In this document: positions 13,657-26,066 of the stretch, in pieces
Layout of the letters: the number at the start of each line of letters is the position of its first letter
How positions within the stretch are numbered: the stretch's first letter is position 1
Source of the DNA: Octopus vulgaris
Lineage: Eukaryota
Assembly (NCBI GenBank): GCA_951406725.2
Contig: OX597829.1
Location: 9,300,001-9,364,000 of the forward strand
Reading direction: 5' to 3'
DNA: 64,000 bases
The notes under the pieces: generated by a model
Told to the model about the DNA's origin: nothing
Databases searched by the model: none
What the model saw: the letters and a program-made list of their open reading frames with translations, nothing else
Made by a program: the position numbers and the translations under genes

Positions 13657-14514
13657 ATATATATATGTATATATATTTTTATATATGTGTGTGTGTGTGT
13701 GTAGATAAACCTTCATTGTTTTTTATCTCCATGTCTTTCTCATGTAGACAGAGACATTTTAAATTTTGAATTTTTACCGTTGCATTCTATATCACTTTTC
13801 AAAGTTAGTGACTGGTGGATATTATTAACTCTGTTTTAACATTGTGCTGGATTCTAAGTATTCCTTGCACCATTAACTGTTTCCATTTCGTGGGAATTCT
13901 GTATAGGACAAATGTGTTATTCACTACGTTCCTCCTAATTAATTTGTTTCGTGTTGTTGGTATTACATTGACTTTTGCAATTGGTCCTTGTTATATGTGC
14001 ATGGTGTGTCATCACAAGAATCTTTAACACGATGGCCTTGTAATCTATTTTGTATGTTACATTAGTTAATTGCCGTTCGTATAATCGTTATTATCGGACC
14101 CCGTTTAATTTTTCGTTTTGAGATATATTATTATTATTATTATTATTATTATCAGATTCAATATACACCAGGCGTGTGACTGATATTCTTTAGTCATGAG
14201 CATACTGGGAAATGTCTCAAAAGATTTTGCGTTCAGGCTTCATAACTTTTGATAATATATTCATCTATTCTATACATTTGATTTATATAATACACATTAT
14301 GACTCGTTTGTACGTTTTAGTAGATATATTTATTGCTTTGTTCGTGTAGTATTCAATGGTTCGGTCCATTATTTTGTTGCAAAACCTATTGTGTTGAGCA
14401 CTGATGGTTTTATTCTGTGAATTTTTTTTATCTAGTACTATGATGGTGTAGGAGAATCTAAATGTTCTTTTATGTAAGGATTCCACACATAAAATTTTCC
14501 ATGGATATTAACTG

Positions 14515-14785
14515 CTTCTCACGTCATTGCTGTCCATCTCCCACTAGACGATCGTTGTAGGCCTCCACTCTCATTCGACCCTGGAACTGCAGGTTGGAAG
14601 TAGCCTCGCGGCAGGCCCTGCATCACATGGCTGGATGTGATTGCGGAAGATCTCCAGAGGCTCGACATCACCTCAGAGCATGCAGAGGGACTGGCACGGA
14701 ACCTCCAGCTATGGAGGATACTGGTGGACCTGGTCGGCTCTACGCATGATAACGTCTCTGACCCCAGCCATATCAAGTAAGAACA
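14515..14785 (+). mobile_element. RTE-like LINE 3'-end fragment
   Basis: Translates GWK*PRGRPCITWLDVIAEDLQRL...ARNLQLWR, typical RTE C-terminal RGRP..W...WR pattern. Confidence 0.7.
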
Positions 14786-14789
14786 TGAA

Positions 14790-15100
14790 GCCGAGCCAGG
14801 TTACATTAGTACAAGGATCTGTATGTGTCTTTGAAATGGATGTAGATGTTTGAGATATATTAGCTATATTTTAGCAGTAGATTTATGTGTAGAATTGGAA
14901 CCGTTGCATTACTTGGAAATATATTTTCGCTGTTCTAAACTTTAAAACTGAGTTTGTATAATTTGTTGAAATCTTACATTGTAATTATTATGAAGCGCAT
15001 ATCATCCACATACCAAGTATATATCGAAATTTTAAACCTTCGTACTATTTCGTTATCATCATGGCCAGATAGAACGTTGTAGACTTGTAGGCTCATATAA
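14790..15100 (-). mobile_element. Heavily decayed RT relic (possibly Penelope-like), may continue to ~13800
   Basis: Minus-strand IYTWYVDDMRF (YVDD-like motif); little else recognisable. Confidence 0.35.
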
Positions 15101-15172
15101 ATTGTGATATGGTCAGAGGAACTTTTCCTGTACAGGACACAAATAATTACTTTATTATGTTGAATAATATCA

Positions 15173-15692
15173 TTACATGGAAACATGCGAGCATGAAAAG
15201 TAATATTCCTAAGATTAAAAACCTGAAAAAGTACAGGACAAGTTATTACACCTGGAAAAGTATAGGACAAGCTATTACTTGTAGTAAAGTAAAGAATAAG
15301 AAAACTTTTTACTTAAAATATTGCGGCAAAGAATGCCAGTTCTGCTAATTTATCCCTCTTTACAGTTCTCATCTTTTAAGTTTATTGTACAAAACTGTTC
15401 AGCTAATTTGTAAGTTTGTCTAATTAATCACTTTTTTTCTGTTTTTAAGGTAGTAAATTAGCCAAATTCTACTTAAATAAGTATTATGTTATTTGTAAAC
15501 TATAATAAAATATTTTTAATATTCAAATTTTGATTTTATCTGCAATATTTTCAGTAAAAAGTTTCTTATTCTTTACTTTACTTGAAGTAATAGTTTGTCC
15601 TATATTTTTCCAGGTGTAATAACTTATCCTGTATTTTTCCAGGTTTATAATCTTAAGAATATTACTTTTCATGCTCGCATTTTTCCACGTAA
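15173..15692. mobile_element. MITE-like element with ~150-bp imperfect terminal inverted repeats
   Basis: ttacatggaaacatgcgagcatgaaaagtaatattc... vs ...gaatattacttttcatgctcgcatttttccacgtaa. Confidence 0.8.
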
Positions 15693-16719
15693 ATCATGAT
15701 TTTTCCAGGCATTGCTGTTATAAGATAATTAATAATGTGTCAATAATTTAAGATTTTACCTTATAAAATACTGAAAGATAATATTTCAATTTTTCCATGT
15801 AGGTGATGATAATATATCAAGTTTTTTTTCCATGTTTAATTGAAATGTATGTTATGATTCAATTATTTTATATTGCCCATCCACACCAAATTAATGGTAG
15901 GGGTTTTTACCATGTTGCTAGTTGCATCATGGCTCACCAAAAGTAAGTTACAAACAATAAGGTCTCAAAACCATCAGTTACCAGGCTCACCTAATTTTGC
16001 AATATTAGGAGGTCACAGGAATTCATTTACCAAAAAAAAACCAACAAAAATCCAATGACTCCGGGATTGGGGCCAGGAACGCATCCACCACATTTTTTCC
16101 GAACCAAAATAAAGGATTTGCAGCATGTTAGGAGGTCAGGGTACTTGATCCCATGCAAAAAATCAAATTTTTTGTTTTTTTTTTCTTAGTGAAAATCGTG
16201 CGGGTGTTAATATAGAAATTTACCATAATGTTGTTGTTTTTAAGTCTCAAATCAATCCTGATACTGCAAACATATCATCAGAGACATTCCAGTCTTCAGC
16301 AAACCGTCTTTTTAGGGATAATCTAGGATATTACATACAATGGGCGTGTGAGTTAGGTAGGAGTATACTTTGGCTGCTATTTTTAGCATGTCGAGCGACC
16401 AGATAGAGGCTCTTTCAGTGGTTCGATTGCGTGATGACTTTTTTACACATATATGTAATATGTTTATATATCATCGGCAGAAGATAGAGAGTAAGTCAAA
16501 AGCTCAGAGTTTCGTGTATTGGCACTTATCAAACACAAATTTGTCCATTGTCAATCTGTAACTTCCGGCGAAATAACTTCTAAAATACGAAATTTTATCA
16601 AAAACGTTAAGAGCAAACCCTTTTCTATGTGACACATTCTATCAGTATCGGAAGTTTGAAAGTGTTTAGTCAAAAAAAAATTAATTAATTAATCTGTAAT
16701 TGAATAGATCCGAAATGGG

Positions 16720-16820
16720 TGAAAGGTAAAGTCGACCTCGGTGGAATTTGAACGTAAAGAAAGACGAAATACCGTTAAACATTTGCCCGGTGGGGTAACG
16801 TTTCTGCTAGCTCGCCGACT
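16720..16820 (-). mobile_element. SINE family B 5' fragment
   Basis: Reverse complement of ggcgagct...ttcaaattcc(a/g)ccgaggtcgacttt seen at 22519. Confidence 0.75.
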
Positions 16821-18059
16821 TAGAATGCAAACATTCATTTTAAAAATATATTCTCTTTTCTGATTGCTTGGGCGTTACTCCTTTATTTCCTTACTTATTG
16901 ACATTAAATTTCGAAACATTTTACCTCTTAACTATTTTTCAACTAATTTCTGTTCAATGTGACTAACGATTCTGAATTCTTTATGCATTTTTCTATCATT
17001 TAAGCCTAGGAAATGTATACTTTAATTTTAAAATTAAAAGAATTATGTTAATTGAAGATGAATAGGTGTCTTACTCCCCCACCCCTTGAGGTCGCAGATA
17101 TTTTGATGTAACATTTTTCTATTGAACCAAATCTCAAACTATTTATGCCAAATTGTAGCTGAAGAGGTGTAGGTGTCCTCTTTAAAAATGTTAACAGTTT
17201 GCAATTTAGTTTACAAATGAATGAAGCTTGAAAGCTGCTGCGATTGACGAAATGGCGGACTTGAGAATATATTCAACCACTACTGTGGTTGAATCATATA
17301 GTAGGTGGTTACATTTTTGCAAGTTTTTATTCGTTGTTAGTAAAGGCGTTCATCCTACTCTTTTGTGTATGGAGAGAAATTCTAATTTAATTTAAATATT
17401 TGATGCATTCGTTATAATTATCTATAATCATATAACCATGACGAGAATATGCTGGCGCTACATTCGGTTTTTATGGACACATGCGCTCTTTAAAAGATGG
17501 AGGATAAGTGCATTATCACATATCTGTAAAGAAATGAAGCCACCAGAGTAATATATAATAAACGAAGATAACTAATCTATTGCAATTTAATTATTATTAT
17601 ATATGCACAAGAAATAATTGAGGCATCAGTAGATCCACTGACATTCCTCGTAAGTCCAAACTTAATTTGCTTTGTATCAATTATCATAATTGATATGAGA
17701 TCAAATTTGATATTTTGAAGTTAAATAGTCGCAAGAGGATATTATGGAAAATCTGTGCAAGTCAGCGTATATGGAATGTAAATCACTTATTGTGTGTGTA
17801 TGTATGTATATTATTATTCAGTTTTATTTCAAGATTTCTTGCCAATAAGGAGCCGGTTTCTAACCTAGATTCAAAGCTCCTTCTTTGGAATTTTAACAAA
17901 ATTAACAGGGTATTTTTGTATGTTGGTATATATGTATATGTGCAGATTTTTTCTTTTGTATTTATTCTCATACATATCTAGACATGCTCATATATACTTA
18001 AATGACAATGTATGTATATATACGTACATATGTATAAAAGAATGATCTCTCTCTCTTTT

Positions 18060-19440
18060 TAATTTAGAATGAATCTTGACCGACCACCTGCTTGGTAGCG
18101 AGGATGTGAAGAAAAGCATCTTGTTTTGTTAAGCATCCTTTAAATCTTAAGAAGGGGTCTTACGAATTTCTATGATCCCTCATATCGAGATTATTTGTAG
18201 TGTATAAATTAAGGATTTGCATTTTCTTCCCATCTTCCCAAGTTCAGTCATACTTTGCCACAGACGAGTTCGTATGCATCATGTTGCTCCAATAATAGGT
18301 ATGAAAGTGTATCTTGGGTTCCGGATTTGCAAACACTTTATGAATAGTCCATAGATGTCCTCTTCCTCTTGTAAGTTTCTAACCACTTTGGTAGCTAGAG
18401 GTTAGTTTATTTCCACAACAGAACATACCTTTTTCTTGTGATCCCACACAACAATATCTGGCCGGTTTAGTTTTAAGGTTCTTTTGGTTTCTAAGTTCCA
18501 CCAATATTCTTTTGGCCCATTAGTCTCAATATAGTCGACTTCGTCTGAAAGAGTTTTCTCTTTCGTTATCCTGTTCCAGGCTGTCCTGACCACCGCACAA
18601 TGTCTCATGGAAAGATAATCTCTGGATGACATTCTCTCTCAGTTGACCATTAGTCTTCAGTCACGGTCTTGCAGAGCCTACATTTGTTGTCTGTCAGTGT
18701 TTTCTGCCTTTTGAGCTCTTGATACTTGGTGGAAATCTCTTGTTCTTGAATTCCATTTAGGTAACTTTCTAAGTAGGATATCACAAACTTATCAGTGTCC
18801 ACGTACCAAACTTTTCAAATGATCGTTTCCTACCATGGTTTGTGTTTTTCGTTCAAAGTACCCCGGAGCTGTTTTCTCAGTGAACTGATTTATTTCATCA
18901 TTTTCTTCTTTTGATAAATAAATTTCATCAGTGCTCATGATGGAGAGATCTGTATCAGCTCTTATTTTATACCTTTCCTAATGTTTATAAGTTATCATAA
19001 TTATGTTGTTGATTTCATGCTCATATGCCTGTCTGGGCATTATAGTTACAAGTCTATTTCCCATTCTAGAGATGTTTCAGCGACCCAATGTGTTCCATAT
19101 GACAGCGATACAGATTTGAGACCAAAGCCATCATCCTTGCGTGCGAAGTAAAGCCGGTCTACATAACCATTGATGTTAAAATTTCCAGTTTGCAAGTTCA
19201 AACATGTCTTACTGAGATCAGGTAATAATCAGTTCAGAAGGCGTGAAACCAGGTACTAAAAAGGTGTTGCGAGCAATGTGCTTGTTGTAAGATGTGAGTT
19301 CTGATGACTATATTTTTTTTTTACTCTCCTGGTTCTCTCCTTATTTGTTCTCTCCATCATATCTGACATTCTCATTCTGTCCAATATATCTGTAATTGTT
19401 ACCTAATTAGCGATTATATCATCAAACCCTTCATTTTAAA
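18060..19440 (-). mobile_element. R4/Dong-like non-LTR retrotransposon 3' portion (late RT, Zn-knuckle, restriction-like endonuclease), decayed
   Basis: Minus-strand VDRLYFARKDDGFGLKS, CRLC, YLSMRH..VV, LNRPDIVVWDHKKKVCSVVEI. Confidence 0.85.
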
Positions 19441-19876
19441 GTTAAATGTGTGCGTGAACGTGTGTGAATATGTGTGTGTGCGTTTGTGAGGGTGGGTGTG
19501 TAGGGATTTGGTTGATTTTCCACACTATCAGCAGCCAATGATGAGGATGTTATTACCAGGTCGTATTTTTGTTGACCACAGAAGTTTCATGCTCCTCATG
19601 TCGATGAATATTTCAGGTTTTTCCAGGATATGCAGTTTCTCATGAAGGTGGGGTTAGTAATTTCGAGTTCCAGATATATAAAAACATTTATTTCTAGTTC
19701 CAGGTTGACATAATATACACAGTATTATAGCATTGTTGGTGGATTACTGAGAAACAAGTTGGGCTCACAAACCCATTCGTACCCCGCTCAGTTATACTGT
19801 GTATTTCGGTACAAAATGGCTATTCTGAATTATCCGACGAGCTGCGATTATTGATATGGAATGTTCTATTGTAATA

Positions 19877-20760
19877 TACAGGGTGGGTGGAAGGTAACTA
19901 GGCATTAGAAATTGCTTATAGAATTTTTAGTATCACTGAAGTCATGACGAAAGCATTTTTTAAACAGACAACACTAATGGAGATTTCTTATTTTCTTTTT
20001 GTCTTATATCTTATTTCTTATTTTCCAGATGACCGGTCGCTTGACTGTTCAGGAGCGAGCTAAGATAGCAGCATGCTATGAAGTATGTTTTGGTTCAGAG
20101 ATGGTGGCATGCAACACTTCGTCTGGAAAGAATAAAAGTTCTCATGCAAAGCTGATGACCACGAGGCCTCTGTGAGCGATGCAAGAGAAAGTGGCAGTCC
20201 AACCACATCCCAATCAGTGGAGAACATGACAACAGTGCGAGAAATGTTTAAATGCAGCCCGCAAAAATCAACACATCAAGCAGCTCTTGAAATTGAACTA
20301 ACAAGACACACAATACGTACGGTGTTGCATAAAGAATCGAACTTTGGAAGCCCTATTATGTGCTGGGGCTAAAACGTGAAGACTGTGTTCGCAGAATGGA
20401 ATATGGAATGGCCTTCAAGAAGTCCATACCTCGCATCATGTAATTTTTACGTGTGGGGTTCCACAAAAAAAGGAGGTGTACAATACGAAATCTCGCACAC
20501 TGACGGATTTGGAGACCCGGATTCGGGAGACTCGCAATGATATCCCAGACGATGTCATTGAGAAGGTTGTTCATTCCATCCCTGGCCGTTTGAGGAAACT
20601 GGTTGACACCACCAGCGCTCAAGTTGAAATATGATGATTTACTTTAATTTTCTCATGTAATAAAGAATATGTATCATATGTTTCAATGAATTTGTAAAAG
20701 GAATATGGATTTTATTACCAATTTTTAATGCCTACATCTCTGTATTTCACCCACCCTGTA
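19877..20760 (+). mobile_element. Internally deleted Tc1/mariner-superfamily transposon with TIRs and TA target duplication
   Basis: TA-cagggtgggtg...taggcattagaaattg / caatttttaatgccta...cacccaccctg-TA; HTH remnant SPQKSTHQAA and a WPSRSP/PCDF.LWG-like C-terminal remnant; catalytic middle missing. Confidence 0.88.
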
Positions 20761-21779
20761 GATATGCTATGCTCTTTTCCCTGCCCAGAGATGAACAACG
20801 CCTGGTGGCAATTGCAGCTACGAACAATCGGATAGCTCACGGCAAATGACATTGTTCGCACTTAATGCTGAAATAATTGTTTAACTATATAACTATATAA
20901 AAATAAATAAATAAATGCATATATATTGTTATATTTCGTGATGGTCATTTAAAAAGCATTTCTGCCAAATAAACACACGCACTAAATATTCGTTCTTCAC
21001 TTCGGATTTGTTTTACTATTGTTCTTATTTTATGTCCTGTCTGAAAATCTTTCATCATACAACCTGTAACCTCTTCAGCGACTCTTCACCCCACGTGTCT
21101 TCACCTCTCCTGTTTAGTTCATTTTGTATTTCCTATATATATATATATATATATATATACGAATGAGGCTTTGCATCCTCCCCTGTCCACCCACGTGAGT
21201 TATAGAGCAACAAATTCCTACAGAAGGATCTGTAGTTTATTATCAGGGAGAGAATTATATTGTCAATAATAATAAGGGTAAAATTAATTAATTAATTAGT
21301 AATTAATAATTTTACCAAGCAGTGTTCAGTATGTAAAAGGACCATTTACGGTAAATTTAAACATTACTGTCTGGGAGACTCTTCTTATGGTAGAGGAAAT
21401 AGCTAAATTCTTTGGCTGCTATTTCTAAAAGTTCGGTATGTGGTAAAGCAAATTTTTTTTTTTTGCTAAACACCAACCGGGCGGTTCATTGTGTTCTTGA
21501 TCAGAAAACTTCATATTACGTTGCTCTGCGATAGCTTCGACAGCTGATGCGTGGTACACTTGTGCACGTGTTCAGGCAAAGTCGATTTGATGTAAGGGAG
21601 GAGGGAGCTAATGTGCGGCACCAACACTATTATAATTCATTTGTGCTGATCGTTCGGCAAAAGTTGAACGCTCATACGTCTTCTTGAGGGGAAAGTTCAT
21701 CATCATCATTATCATCATCGTGGTCGTCGTCGTCGTCGTCATCATCATCATCATCATCATCATCGTCATTATTATTACT

Positions 21780-22325
21780 ATTGAGTGAGGGATCAGTTCA
21801 TGCCATCAAAGTGACACTGGGGTAAGATATACAAAGCCCAATATACCCATCATGACTACCCGTCTGATAAGGGTATACCAGGCACATGCATCACAACCAT
21901 ATGTGCGCGACATGGTGATTTCATATCAAGATAAACAGCATATGACCTTGCAGGTGGGGCTCAGTTAGAATTTTCTTTTGGTCGAGTAGCCCTTCCCGCT
22001 CAAAAGGTCCCCGAATAAGGGTTATTTAAGGATGTTGAACGATCCAAAGGTGAATTATCTAAACCCCCAAAGAATCCCTCTCAACACATGGCTATAATGC
22101 TCCCCCCACTACTTCTGCTCGTGATCAGAGATGCACATATCGTCAGCCACTAAGGGACATGCTCAACTGGTTATGGTCAAACAACTGACAAGCAAATCTG
22201 TGGTATTGAGCAGAATATTTGCTGTAGCCCATCTTTTATACCAAGACAAAACAAGGTACATGATAACACTTCCAATCAGTTAAGATCAGAAGCCATGAGA
22301 GCCACTGACTTGTACAGCATCAAGG
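21780..22325. repeat. Interspersed repeat of unclear class between (CAT/ATT)n tracts
   Basis: Higher-GC complex block bounded by trinucleotide repeats; resembles a recurrent cephalopod repeat from memory only. Confidence 0.4.
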
Positions 22326-22455
22326 CCATCATCATCATCATCACCATCACCATCACCATCACCATCACCATCATCGTCATCATCATCATCATCACCACCA
22401 TCATCATCATCATAACCATCACCACCATCATCATCATCATCATCATCACCATCAC

Positions 22456-22493
<38 letters not shown>

Positions 22494-22518
22494 CCATCAC
22501 CATCATCATCATCATCAT
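22326..22518. repeat. (CAT/CAC)n microsatellite
   Basis: Direct inspection. Confidence 0.95.
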
Positions 22519-22735
22519 GGCGGCGAGCTTGCGGAATCGTTAGCATTCCGGGCGAAATGCTCACCGGTATTTCGTCTACCGCTACGTTTTGAGTTCAAAT
22601 TCCGCCGAGCTCGACTTTGCCTTTCATCTTTTCGGAGTCGATTAAATAAGTACCAGTGAAACACTGGGGTCGATGTAATTGACTAGTCCCCTTCCCCAAA
22701 ATTCAGACCTTGTGCCTATAGTAGAAAAGATTATT
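22519..22735 (+). mobile_element. tRNA-derived SINE family B, near full length
   Basis: ggcggcgagcttgcggaatcgttagc...gagttcaaattcc (B box)...taagtaccagt...ggggtcgatgtaatt. Confidence 0.85.
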
Positions 22736-22744
22736 TAGTAGTTT

Positions 22745-23302
22745 CATTTTATCACGTGCTTTCACTGCACTACCGAGCGCAGCTGTGTGCCTTGGGTGTG
22801 TGCTGTGATTTGTTGTGGTGCTCTTATTTTTACTGTATTGAAAGTGTTTTGCGTAGGATGTGTGCAGTGCCTAGTAGTGCTATTTACTGCATGTTATATA
22901 TATTTGTAAGTGCTGCTGTTTTTGTTATGTATCTGTCTGAATATCTTTTAAATCATACCTAATGGTTCTACAATGATAGGAATTGTTTCTGTTTTTAGAC
23001 TCCACATTCAAGTTACTTCTATTTCCAGGTCTTTGTATTTTGAAAGTTTCTCCATTTCTTTTAGAGAAACGTTGTCATCTGCTGGTATTGATACATCAAT
23101 TAGAAAGCATTTTTTCTTTGTGATCTCTGACAACTATATCTGGCCTATTGGCCTTAATTTCTCTGTGTGTATTGGCATATCCCATGGTTGCTTTCTCGTT
23201 TTCTGTGACCTTTTCTGGTGTGTGCCTATACCATCTTTTTTCTGTTGTTACTCCTTAGTGTTGCATAGCCACCAGTGTACATAGGTCCCAACTCTGTCGT
23301 GT

Positions 23303-23305
<3 letters not shown>
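22745..23305 (-). mobile_element. R4/Dong-like LINE 3' end (REL endonuclease + 3'UTR), 5'-truncated at an (ATT)n tract
   Basis: Minus-strand WYRHTPEKVTENEKA, EIKANRPDIVVRDH, IALLGTAHILRKTL. Confidence 0.88.
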
Positions 23306-23344
<39 letters not shown>

Positions 23345-23400
23345 GTTGTTGTTGTTGCTGTTGTTGCTGTTTTTTGTTGTTGCTGCTGTTGTTGTTGTTG

Positions 23401-23437
<37 letters not shown>

Positions 23438-23901
23438 TATTATTATTACTATTATCATTATTATTATTAGCGGTATTAGTATATTTATTTGATACACAAT
23501 TTTAATTAAGCATATAAATCTTATATTGGAACTAATTAAACAATGATTTATGTATGTACATACGACGAGATGTGTGTTTATATGTTTACATACACACACA
23601 CGTACACACACAAATACACACACACATACACATAAAGAAACACAAACACACACATAAAGAAACACAAACACATACGCACATATCTATTTAGCTATTTATC
23701 TCTTTACATATATATATATACACGCGCGCATTCATACACATACATATATTGGAATTTGGCGTTCATCAGTTATAGAAAGCAACAATACAATTGTTGATGT
23801 GGTTTCATCCTCCTTGGAAAGCATATTTAAAAAATAAATGTTTAAATTCATTTGAGCATCAAAGCTTACAGTAGACTGTAGGTAAATTTATATATATGCT
23901 C

Positions 23902-23940
<39 letters not shown>

Positions 23941-24099
23941 TGAGAAAGTTGGTGTGTGAAAGCACGTGGTTGAATATATAGAAAATAGTAAAAAGTGAAA
24001 AAACTACAGAAGGCTTGTTTTAAAAGGTTAAAAGATATATATTTGAGTCATTATGTCAGAAGAATGTTATCAATTTTTTTCATACAATGACAGTTTTTG

Positions 24100-24139
24100 A
24101 AGAAACGACCGGTTTCGCGTTCAGCTTTTCAAATTTCTT
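24100..24139 (-). ncRNA. Minimal type I hammerhead ribozyme, U3-A8 core variant
   Basis: aagaaau-UUGAAAA-gc(ugaac)gc-GAAA-ccgg-UC-guuucuu: 7-bp stem I, palindromic ACCGGU stem III, GUC site. Confidence 0.75.
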
Positions 24140-24509
24140 ACATCATTATGTTTTCGTTGAGAAGTGTAGAGAAGAGTTCCAGATAAGGGTAGGTAATAAG
24201 TGATTTCTTCCGGTGTATATATATATATATAAACCAGCTTAGAGAAGAAGAAGAAACGAAACGAAACGAGACGAATCGAATCGAATCGACGCGAGGGCGC
24301 TCAGTCATACAATAGTGTAATAAATAAAATATATGCATACATACAAACATATATGTACGTACCTACATCTACATGTATATATACATGCATATATAAATAT
24401 ATATACGTGTGTACAGGACACCACAAATAGACGAAAACGTAAAAACAGCATGGAACGGACCATTTTTTAACAACGAAAAAACAGAGTACAGGACACCTAC
24501 ACAAGGTAA

Positions 24510-24606
24510 AATCCCCTTCATCAGCTGTCCCTAGTTCAACTCCAGCGTGTTTCGAAGGTGAGGACAGAACACGTCTCGTCGAACTAGTCCTTCCTGCGAA
24601 AGAATT
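24510..24606 (-). ncRNA. Candidate non-circularly permuted hammerhead ribozyme, family 1 copy A
   Basis: AAUUCUUU cgcag GAAGG a CUAGUUCGAC gaga CGUGU U CUGUCC uca CCUUC GAA ACACG cugga GUUGAACUAG GGACAG CUGAUGA AGGGGAUU. Confidence 0.7.
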
Positions 24607-25281
24607 AAATAAAATTCCTTTGCAGAGGGGTAAAAACAAGGAAAAAATGTGACAGAAACAGGACGTAAAAACAATACAATTAAAAACAAATACAAAATAA
24701 ACATACAATTACAAAAAATACAGTACAAGAAGGAATAGAAACAGGACAGGAAAACAAATAATGAGGGCCTATAAGCCTAGACCAGGAAAAAATTTTCACG
24801 AGCGCAGGAAGAAAAATGTTTACTTGAAGAAGGCCGCCAGCGAAAGGAAGTTCGTCCACCCGGCTGTGAGAGAGATGAGGAGGAGTGAGAGAGAGAGCGA
24901 GATAGAGAGGAACGACGCCAAAGAGGGTGAAAGAAAGAGAGAAGAAGGAGTTATAGAATTTCGCGTCATAATTATATATAAAAAAACAGCTTAGAGAAGA
25001 AGAAGAAACGAAACGAAACGAGACGAATCGAATCGAATCGACGCGAGGGCGCTCAGTCATACAATAGTGTGATAATAAAATATATGCATACATAAAAACA
25101 TATATGTACGTACCTACATCTACATGTAATATACATGCATATATAAATATATATATACGTGTGTACAGGACACCACAAATAGACGTAGAACTCAACGAGA
25201 AACGAAAAAGTAAAAACAGCATGGAACGGACCATTTTTTTTAACAACGAAAAACAGAGTGCAAGACAACTACACAAGGAAA

Positions 25282-25370
25282 AATCCTCTTCATCAGCTGT
25301 CCCTAGTTCAACTCCAGCGTGTTTCGAAGGTGAGGACAGAACACGTCTCGTCGAACTACCCCTTCCTGCG

Positions 25371-25373
<3 letters not shown>
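25282..25373 (-). ncRNA. Candidate non-circularly permuted hammerhead, family 1 copy B (5' closing strand truncated)
   Basis: Same core, stems I, II and III as 24510-24606. Confidence 0.65.
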
Positions 25374-25441
<68 letters not shown>

Positions 25442-25486
25442 AGTATATGTATATATATGTATACATATATACAAATATGTATATGT

Positions 25487-25960
25487 GGAGGCGCAATGGC
25501 CCAGTGGTTAGGGCAACAGACTCGCGGTCGTAGGATTGTGAGTGCTTATTGAGCGAAAGCATCTAACGCTCCACGAAGCTCCGGCAGGGTTTGGTGGTGA
25601 ACGCTGCTGTACTCTTTAACCACAACTTTCTCTCACTCTTTCTTCCTACTTCTGTTGTACCTGTATTTCAAAAGGCCAGCCTTGTCACACTCTGTGTCAC
25701 GCTGAATCTCCCCGAGAACTACGTTAAGGGTAAACGTGTCTGTGGGGTGCTCTTGCACATTAATAAATGAGCTACGACGTCACTCAGCGCCAAGCTGCAT
25801 CGGTCTTTGCCTTTCCCTTGGATAACATTGGTGGTATGGAGAGAGGAGGCTGGTATACGTGGGCAACTGCTGGTCTTCAATAAACAACCTTGCCCAGACT
25901 TGTACCTCGGAGGGTAACTTTCTAGGTGCAATTCCATAGTCAGTCATGACCGAAGGAGGT
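25487..25960 (+). mobile_element. tRNA-derived SINE family C
   Basis: ggaggcgcaatggcccagtggttagggc head; homologous to minus-strand copy at 47510-47810. Confidence 0.82.
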
Positions 25961-25964
25961 CACA

Positions 25965-25999
<35 letters not shown>

Positions 26000-26066
26000 A
26001 GTTTGTGTACATATAAATTCGAACGGAAGCGCAACGAAGAAGCAAGTGGAGAATTCACACAACGCT

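Larger units (their letters stand above)
24235..25373 (-). mobile_element. Non-coding element with ~370-385-bp direct repeats (24235-24600, 24987-25373), retrozyme/pseudo-LTR-like
   Basis: Near-identical repeats from cagcttagagaagaagaagaaacg to ccttcctgcgaa flank a ~385-bp spacer; bounded by (TA)n; each repeat holds a hammerhead-like motif. Confidence 0.85.

Noticed and set aside
21039-21082. Minus-strand CUGAAGA...GAAA...UC hammerhead-like motif
   Set aside because: Stems I-III have several mismatches; plausible relic but not supportable alone
22519-22620. tRNA gene-like heads of SINEs (also 25487, 47810, 4313)
   Set aside because: A/B-box-like motifs but no complete cloverleaf; they continue into repeat bodies
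24510-24560. Reading the 24.5-kb motif as an ordinary type II hammerhead
   Set aside because: No UH plus stem I hairpin exists between GAAAC and CUGAUGA; the stem I and III partners lie upstream of GAAA
24680-25474. 264-aa minus-strand ORF across the direct-repeat element
   Set aside because: Starts in (TA)n, low complexity, no recognisable domain; frame is not preserved in the other repeat copy
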